DNA from: Paramecium tetraurelia
Lineage: Eukaryota
Assembly (NCBI GenBank): GCA_000165425.1
Contig: CT868013.1
Span: 1-64,000 of the forward strand
Length of the DNA stretch: 64,000 bases
Reading direction: 5' to 3'
The position numbers were made by a program, and so were the translations under genes. Positions within the stretch are counted from its first letter, which is position 1; each line of letters opens with the position of its first letter. Positions 55,283 to 64,000 of the stretch are shown in pieces. The notes below the pieces were generated by a model. It worked only from the letters and a program-made list of their open reading frames with translations, was not told the DNA's origin and searched no databases.

Positions 55283-55490
55283 TTTTAATTAATATTTATA
55301 TTTCCATACAAACTAATACTTTATTGTCTTGTCAATCACTAGCTGACAATAATAGAATTGATTGACATTAGTAATTATATTATTTGAACTAATTTTACTA
55401 TTAGTATTAAAAACCTAAATCCACTTGGTATATAGAATTAGTTATAACTTAATTTAAAATGTATAGATAATGCATAAAAACCAAAATCAA

Positions 55491-56680
<1,190 letters not shown>

Positions 56681-57597
56681 ATTATTATATTTATATTATT
56701 GATCACTAATAAATAGGTTTAATTTCATAAATTATACTTACAATTTATATTATTGTAAAATCATTATTTTTGAATTTTACAATTCGAACTCAACCTTTTG
56801 AATAAAAGAATCAATTTTATTAGAACTCATCTTATCTGTAGAATAACTCTAACCAATTCTATCATTTTTATATCTTAATATGATATCCTTAATATCTTAA
56901 TATTATATCAGTAGCGATATTCAATCCTATTCTTGACAATAGCTTATTGTACAATACATGAATACTAAGTAATTAGTCCTCTCAATTATTGATATAACTA
57001 TTACAAAATCCTCCATAATATCTTATCTATAAAAATAACAATAGAATTCTAGAAGGATGAAGTTTTAAACTATTTAAGTTGAGGGCATTTATATTAAATA
57101 AGCATAAATAATAGATTAGTTTAATTCCTGGGATGCTTGTACAATAATAATTCTTGCTTGAATTTTCAATTTAATGAAACTATTAGTATAACGATGAATT
57201 AGATTTTCATAAATCGGTTAAAATTACATTGATTAAAAAATTGATGATTGAGAAGGCAAGGAAGGAATATAAGAGTTCTTGTATTTCTATTTGGGGAGTG
57301 AATACTGTAGGTGATTTTTAAATTATTTTGAAAGTTATCTTAACACTAATACAATTTATATTGATTTAATTGTTATAAAAAATGTAATTTATTTAATTTT
57401 GATTAAATATTATTATACACTTTTTTTTAATCATAGTTAATTAAATGTATGAAAAAAGACAGTTGTTTCAATTTGTTGGAGGCATTCAAATTGAAAGGAT
57501 TTAGTATTAAATTAGGCACAGAATTTCTCCAATTAAATTAATTACTAGGATTCTAAAATATATGCTTTATTTTAATTACACATTTATTAATTTTGAA

Positions 57598-60364
57598 ATG
57601 ATTTATTCTCAGTAAACATAATAAGAATACAAAGAGATGGTATTACAAGGTTTTGATGGATATGATCACTCCTTAGCTCAACTACAACAAGAGAAAACCA
57701 GATTAAACCAGGTATTTTATGGAGTTATTTTAGGAACGATAAGAATTCATATATTTTATGCAAGAGTACATCGTGGATTATCTTACTTATGAAAATCAAG
57801 AGATTGATGATGATGTACAGACATTCTATAATATCAGTAGGTTGTTTAAAAGATAAAAAATATATGTTAAAAAATGGTACTTAAACCCTTATGGAATTAC
57901 GAAGATTTTAGTGTGGAATTGGAGCAACAACTGGAGACTTTAACACGTAAGCACAAACTTTCTATTTTGAATATTTTAGACGATTATATCGTATTGAATT
58001 AAGTCAAATTAATCATTTCCAGTTTCGATGCATATAACTAAACCAAGTTTAATTAAATAAGTACTCACTGTCTTGAAACATTGAAAAGCCTAAGTTCTAC
58101 AGAGACAAAGTATTTAAAGAGGATGAACCATTACTTTGAGGGTATCTATAAACAATAACCAAAGTACAAGAATTGATTCCGAACTAATCGGATCGAGTGG
58201 AAGAGATTAATTAGCTGCTCACAACATTGATCTCGTATTATCTTATTATTTTATATTAGAGTGCAAGATAATACACTTTCCATGGATTCCTGGAACTATT
58301 CTCATTACTAATTTGTGAACACAAATTAACAAGATTTATAATACTAGGTCAAAAAATAGGATGCCGATGTTATTTTGATTGATACATATGGGATCAGTCA
58401 AGAAGTGGCAAGAACTCTATTTTAACTGCTGCCAGATTATGAACTAGTTTTGCCTCAACTCTTATCCACAATTAACATAACCAAGGGAAATTTGCAACAC
58501 GTAAGAAATTCTACATTACCTATTTAATCAGGCATTGTCCAATCTGTACGATTTGCAATTTAAAATGATGGATCACTTGAACCCTTTCACCTTAAAGGGC
58601 AAGGGCATGGTTTGTTGTTTGAATGAAGGCTTAGCAGGAAATGAATTTATATGTTTCTATTTTGGTGAAGTGTACACCCCGTAGAGATGGTTCGAGAAAC
58701 AAACGATATTCCATAAGAGAATGCAGGATGGCAATCGAAAAACATGTTCTCAAAGTCCCTATGCTGAATTCTTCATTCACGATGATCTGCTGGTAATGTT
58801 TAAAAATAGGTTTAAGTTTATCGACCCCACTAGGTATGGGAATATGGCTCAACACATTTCATATTCATGTGATCCCAACTGTAGACTCATAGCAGTTACT
58901 GTGAACTAACAGAATTTGTTGGCAGTTATTACATCAAGAAAAATCAATTACTTTGAGGAGTTGACCTTGCCCTTCCCTTACACTTCCCAGGATCAATGTC
59001 TATGTGGATCAATTCATTGTAAACGAAAATAGAATCTAGAATTAGAAAATGCTCATCAAATTAGCATTTACTCAAATTATATAGAAAGAAATGTGATTTT
59101 GCTCCAATCCACTTTAATTACTAGCCAAAACACATAAAATGATATCCCTGAATGGTTGTCTAATTGGTAGGAGCTTAACCACTAATAGAATTACATTAAC
59201 ATTTTATCCTGCGTTGATAAAGTCAAATTTGTTTTATAACATTTAAAGACGATATAACCGCCCATTTTTCTCGTAACTAACATTTTCAATTAATTCTGGA
59301 AGAATTGTGAAACCAACACATAAAAGATTCAAATGGAGTCCTCAATTATGAATGAAATTGTTGTGTTCCTAAAGAGACATTCACAATTGCATTAATGCTA
59401 AATAGGGTTGGAAATAATCAATCAGATGAAGAAGATTATAGATTAAAATACTGACTATGCTCTGCAATTGACAAGAATGCTCTTTTTATTATTGAGTGAG
59501 ATTATTTTGAATATAGAATCTTGTTCATTCAATAATAAAGCATTCTCCACTATTTTGTACTTCATGTCATTCACTCACACATACTTCTCATCAACCTAAT
59601 ATTAGGGATTTGATGGAAAGCCCTTCGAAGAAACAGAATTTGAATACATTCCTTAACCAAAAAATAAATCAAAATTGTCATTATCTAAACAATACACGCC
59701 TTAATTTATTTGGGGTCAATTAATCAATTGGAATAAGTAAACACTCTAAAATCCATAATCTTCAATGGCACAAGAGAGGAGAGGAGTTTTGTGTTATCCC
59801 TCCTTGCTATTATCATTTGATAATAAACACAAGACTTTTCCTTATCAATGCAAGACCAGAGAGAAATATCTGGAGTACTTTTAATCCAAAAAAGAGATCC
59901 AACCTGATTTGTCAACTTGGTCATACAAAAATTAACATAAGTACTAATTTTTAACATATTTTAGCATATATGGTACAATATTTTTTGAATAATACTTCTC
60001 CTTAAGCAAGGTTGGAGAGGACTTTGTTAGTCATGTATGTAAACTAGGCATGCAAACATTTGAAAAAAAGTTTCAGTATTGGTTGCATATTGAAAATTGT
60101 TTTGATATGAATCAATAGTTAATAGATGATTTATAGACCATCTTTTCAGAGTATTAATTTATACAAATTTAATTAGAAAATTTTAAGCATTTTTTGATCA
60201 AACTCCAAAAAGCAATTCATCTACAGATTATGATGATAATTAAAGAAAAAAAGTTAAGTATAATTAAGATACAATAATTGTCGAAGAAACTCAATTTAGT
60301 ACATATTGATTTAATAATTTTTTTAAATTTGTAATCTCAACCTCATTATATTCCATCAATTTGA
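57598..60364 (+). CDS. SET-domain protein of the ATXR3/SDG2 (H3K4 methyltransferase-like) type, with degenerate catalytic motifs
   Basis: KGKGMVCC..FYFGEVYTPQRWFEKQ..GNMAQHISYSCDPNC..EELTLPF..CLCGSIHC; C-terminal YTPQFIWGQLINWNKQT..RRGVLCYP as in ATXR3; many introns; ends approximate. Confidence 0.8.
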
Positions 60365-60461
60365 ATTGAATAATTTAAGATGTAATTTAAGAATTTTTTA
60401 ATGTAATAAAAATATTTATAGTTATATATAATAACTGTTAAAGTTTCATTTTCAATGGTTG

Positions 60462-61649
60462 TCAATTTCTTGCTTATTTTAGAATTTCTTTATTGTCATA
60501 TGTGTTAATTTCCTCATATTTTTTACCCTTCTTGAATACGTTAATCCCCACCTGCATCATAAAGTAAGTCCAATATAAGTGCATTCCAACCAAGATGCAC
60601 ATTTGCACTATGAGATACTTGTTTCCCCAAGCTGCCTCAGGACTTAAATAATAATATTATAAATTACTAATTTTGGTAGTGCATAATTGCTTCCAAAATA
60701 ATTTGAGGAAAGATGATCACTCGGGTATAAATCCATGTGAATAAAAGCAACACGTATTGGATATACATGAGAGATTTGATTGATTTTAAGTCATGTTGAG
60801 CTCTTGAGAGAGATAAGATGATATCAGCAACATCATGAATTCCCAATACGACAATTCCAAATCGAACTAAACGATAAATATGATATTCTAACATTGATTA
60901 TAAAGGGCCGAGAAGATGAGCAGACAAGTTGCAAGAGTGTGATGCAACATGTATTCCCAATACTTGGTTTCTACTTCCTTCCTCTTTATTGCCAAGTGGA
61001 CCAAGGCATACAAATGATTAGCAGTTTGAATCATATAAAAGGGAATTGCCCATTTATTCTAAAATATTTTTATGAACTGTTACATTTATCATATATGGAA
61101 AGTCTTACCAAATACTAGTGTAATTGGTACCTCCCAATCCAGTTGGATACCAAGGCTCTTCATGGAAGAGATACCAACAGAGTATCTAAAGATAATAAAA
61201 ATGATTTATATACAGATGTTGTTGAATAGTATACTCCATCAAATAGCCATTTTAAAATTTTCTTAACTCTTATGTCTCTGAATTCCCCTTGATATTCTTT
61301 AGAGATTGTCCTAAAGACAAAACCATGGCACAGGTGATTCACAGTCCACTTAGAGTACTAAAAATTTAAATTTCATAATACGTGAACAATGATTAGTCCA
61401 AATAGCAGGATGCTGAAACTGGAATATGGTATTACAGCAATATCAGACATTATCAAATATGATCTGAAGCGTAATGCATCAAATACAAAAAAGGAGAGTA
61501 TAGCTAAGTCTTAATGGAATAGAATTACATGCCAAGAGTTTGAATAAGAGTCTGAATGTCTCTTCGTAGGAGAGATTTAATAACCTGAAATAGTAGAAAT
61601 TCGCCTTTTAAACGAGGGACTTGCCATTTGATTTCAAAATGGAATTCAT
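60462..61649 (-). CDS. Ceramide synthase (LAG1/LASS, TLC domain)
   Basis: YWEYMLHHTLATCLL..FGIVVLGIHDVADIILSLSR (Lag1p motif), WIYTRVIIFP, LHLYWTYF; several introns. Confidence 0.9.
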
Positions 61650-61802
61650 TTTTTTAAAATGATATGTTTATTTAATAATATTATTGTTAGGAGTATATTT
61701 CATATAAATCTAGGAAATGTTATATAAATTTAATTAAAAATGACAAATTATTAAAATATTTAATAATAACCTTCTTTATACATAATTATTGAGAGTTTTT
61801 AA

Positions 61803-62750
61803 TCAAAATTAATTGTATAGTTGAGTCCTTTCATAATTAAAGAAGTTTTGCTCATCCTTCAAGTCCTTCTACTCCATCCTCTCCCTAGATTCACACAGCT
61901 TGAGTTTTAATCTGTGAATGTTCTGGTTGTTCTTAAACTCCTTGAATTGAGATTAGTCTATCTTTACTCTATTTTACTTCCCATAGTACTTCAACTACTT
62001 ACTGTTGAGATACATCTGTATGTAGACCTCGTGAATTTATGTCTTCTCGACGTTGTTCATTGAATTGCTCACCAGCTCTATTATTTAAGACTGATATGAT
62101 ATCATATCCCTGATGATTAGGTTAAAGCAAAAGGCAAGTTTTTAATTCCTCTATCCCTCTATAATTCGTAATCCCATGCACTGAATGTTCTGAATGACAA
62201 AGCAATCTATGATGGGGACTCCGCTGTTCTATTGCATACACACTTTTTTCAAATAGGTGTAATAGAGTTGCAATATCTATTAATAGTTGAGGGGGTCTCT
62301 CAATTGCTTAAACTCAATCTTTTTGTCTGTGGCACTCTTCTTCTATTCGGGACTTGCCTTGAAGTAATTATTGTGGATGTAGGATTTGGGTGTGCCATCC
62401 CAACTGGGAGCCAAATTTACACTTCTTGAGGCAGTCAAATTTAAATCTGTTTATAGTCTCTCCATAATGGCGTTGCCTTCCTAAGAATTTGTAATGCTGA
62501 AAATATGGTTATCGACAAATTCGTCCTTCTATAAGGTTTTTTCTTGAATCATATAATGAAAGACGCTAAGTAATTTGATCATATATTCCGGGAACAATAC
62601 TTATTCAAAAGGTCTGGATAATTCATAGAATACTTTTCGAATACCTAATATAATCATGACTTGATTACCAATATTCAATAGTTATCGACTAATATCTTTG
62701 AGATTTTCATTATTTGAATTTAGTATGTGCATCAGAACAGATTTCTTCAT
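61803..62750 (-). CDS. Hypothetical protein
   Basis: ATG 62750 MKKSVLMHILNS, one 24-nt intron, then an open frame ending ERTQLYNQF-TGA. Confidence 0.7.
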
Positions 62751-62777
62751 TAATATAAATTTTATATGTAATTTAAA

Positions 62778-64000
62778 TCACAATAGTTTCTTACATTTCT
62801 TTCCTTTGAATCCCAAATCGCATCTGCATTTGCCATCAATTAATTGTCCTCTGTTATTGCATGCAGAATAGTCATTGCAAAAATCTTTAAACACTGGACA
62901 TTAAATAATTTACCCATCAAATGAGATAGTAGCAAAATCAGATTGGCAATACTAAACTTCCCCATTGTATTTCACTCTAATGCCCAAACTCGTGCATTTA
63001 CTCTTAAAGCATTTTGCCTTATGCAACAAAGTAGTTGGGTCCTAATAATTGAAGCACCTCCTCTAATTGCAATCTGTCAAAGCAGTAACCAACCCACATT
63101 CAGCCAATTTTTAAGATGGCTTGCAAAATTGGATATGCTGATAATTGTAAGAACAAAATCTCTCATTTTTAGCCAATTTACAAATTGTAGGAGAATCGCA
63201 ACCTCCTTATGCTGCCAAACAACCTTGATTCATTCCCCATTGATATCTGCCTGCATTAACCAAATTGGCTTGGTATATGCCTGTATCCTGTAAAACTAAC
63301 ATTGTAAATTTGCTATAGACAGTATCTCGACTTGCAGTTCCTGTCATGATTTCTTGATTGAAGGTCATTTTTTCAAAATGGGAATACTGTGAGGATGGTC
63401 CTCCATCATCTTCGAGTGGCAAATATTGGAGAGACGAACAATTGAAATATTGTTTTGCATATTCCATGATTCCTGGACTTTTCAAATATAATTTATCTTA
63501 GATCATCTCAGTCATATTGAAGTGATTCAATAATCGACTATGAAATCCGAGGGTATGAGTAAATTCATGAACTATAGTTCCCAATCTTTCGTATTTGTCT
63601 AATTTACTCATCTTTTTTGAGAAATGATGATTATTCAATAATATTTCTCCTGCAACAGGTCTATAGTTTTGATCATATAAACATGGTGATGATTTTGCAA
63701 TCCAGTTTTCTGCGACATCAGTTTCTGTAACATACAACACAAAATCAGCATTTTTTATTCCTCTTTTTCTATGTTTTTTGGGAACTTTAATATGATGGCA
63801 TTCTTTGACATTAAAAACTATATTATTTTTCGATCGTCTCACTTTATAGGTGTCCTAAGTGAAGAGCGCTGCCGATTTTATCAACTTCTTAAACAACTTG
63901 TGATTTGGATTGTCTTTGTCCAATTTTTTAGTAAAGACCTTGATTCGAATTGGATCGAAATCTTGATTATAATCCAACACCTATATAAATGAATAGTCAG
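62778..64000 (-). CDS. Leishmanolysin-like (peptidase M8) zinc metalloprotease, 5' partial
   Basis: ADFVLYV, RPVAG, HEFTHTLGF (HExxH), LEDDGG..SHFEK..EIMTG, Cys-rich tail with EGF-like CNNRG..CRCDLGFKGKKC-TGA. Confidence 0.93.

Overview
This window is the left end of a ciliate macronuclear chromosome, almost certainly Paramecium (aurelia group). Evidence: a mixed C4A2/C3A3 telomere at 50-146, very AT-rich and gene-dense DNA, TAA/TAG read as Gln with TGA as the only stop (genetic code 6), and many ~20-35 nt GT..AG introns. The supplied ORF track uses the wrong code, so it shows only fragments. Re-reading by hand in code 6 gives about 26 protein genes. The subtelomeric 15 kb holds lineage-specific genes: a WD40-family fragment, an R-S-E (cholera-toxin-like) ADP-ribosyltransferase with a receiver-like N-terminus and a glycine-zipper tail behind an in-frame TGA, and a ~2,800 aa Cys-rich, beta-helix, multi-TM surface protein. 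Further in are housekeeping and ciliary genes: CFAP52, nucleoside hydrolase, succinyl-CoA ligase beta, CK1, a Sec14-type protein, IFT56, NUP210, DNAJC9-like, kinesin-13, RPN1, RP2, PRMT1, an ATXR3-like SET protein, ceramide synthase and leishmanolysin. Most interesting: the toxin-like ART, two apparent pseudo-enzymes (chitin-synthase-like and ATXR3-like), a SAP-domain kinesin-13 whose frame shifts at a U_UUA_AAU heptamer, further frameshifts in PRMT1 and NUP210, two small acylated proteins sharing an N-x-I-x-x-R-R motif, and 16-28 nt spacers between co-oriented genes. Gene ends and introns were placed by eye. Family assignments come from remembered motifs, not database searches.
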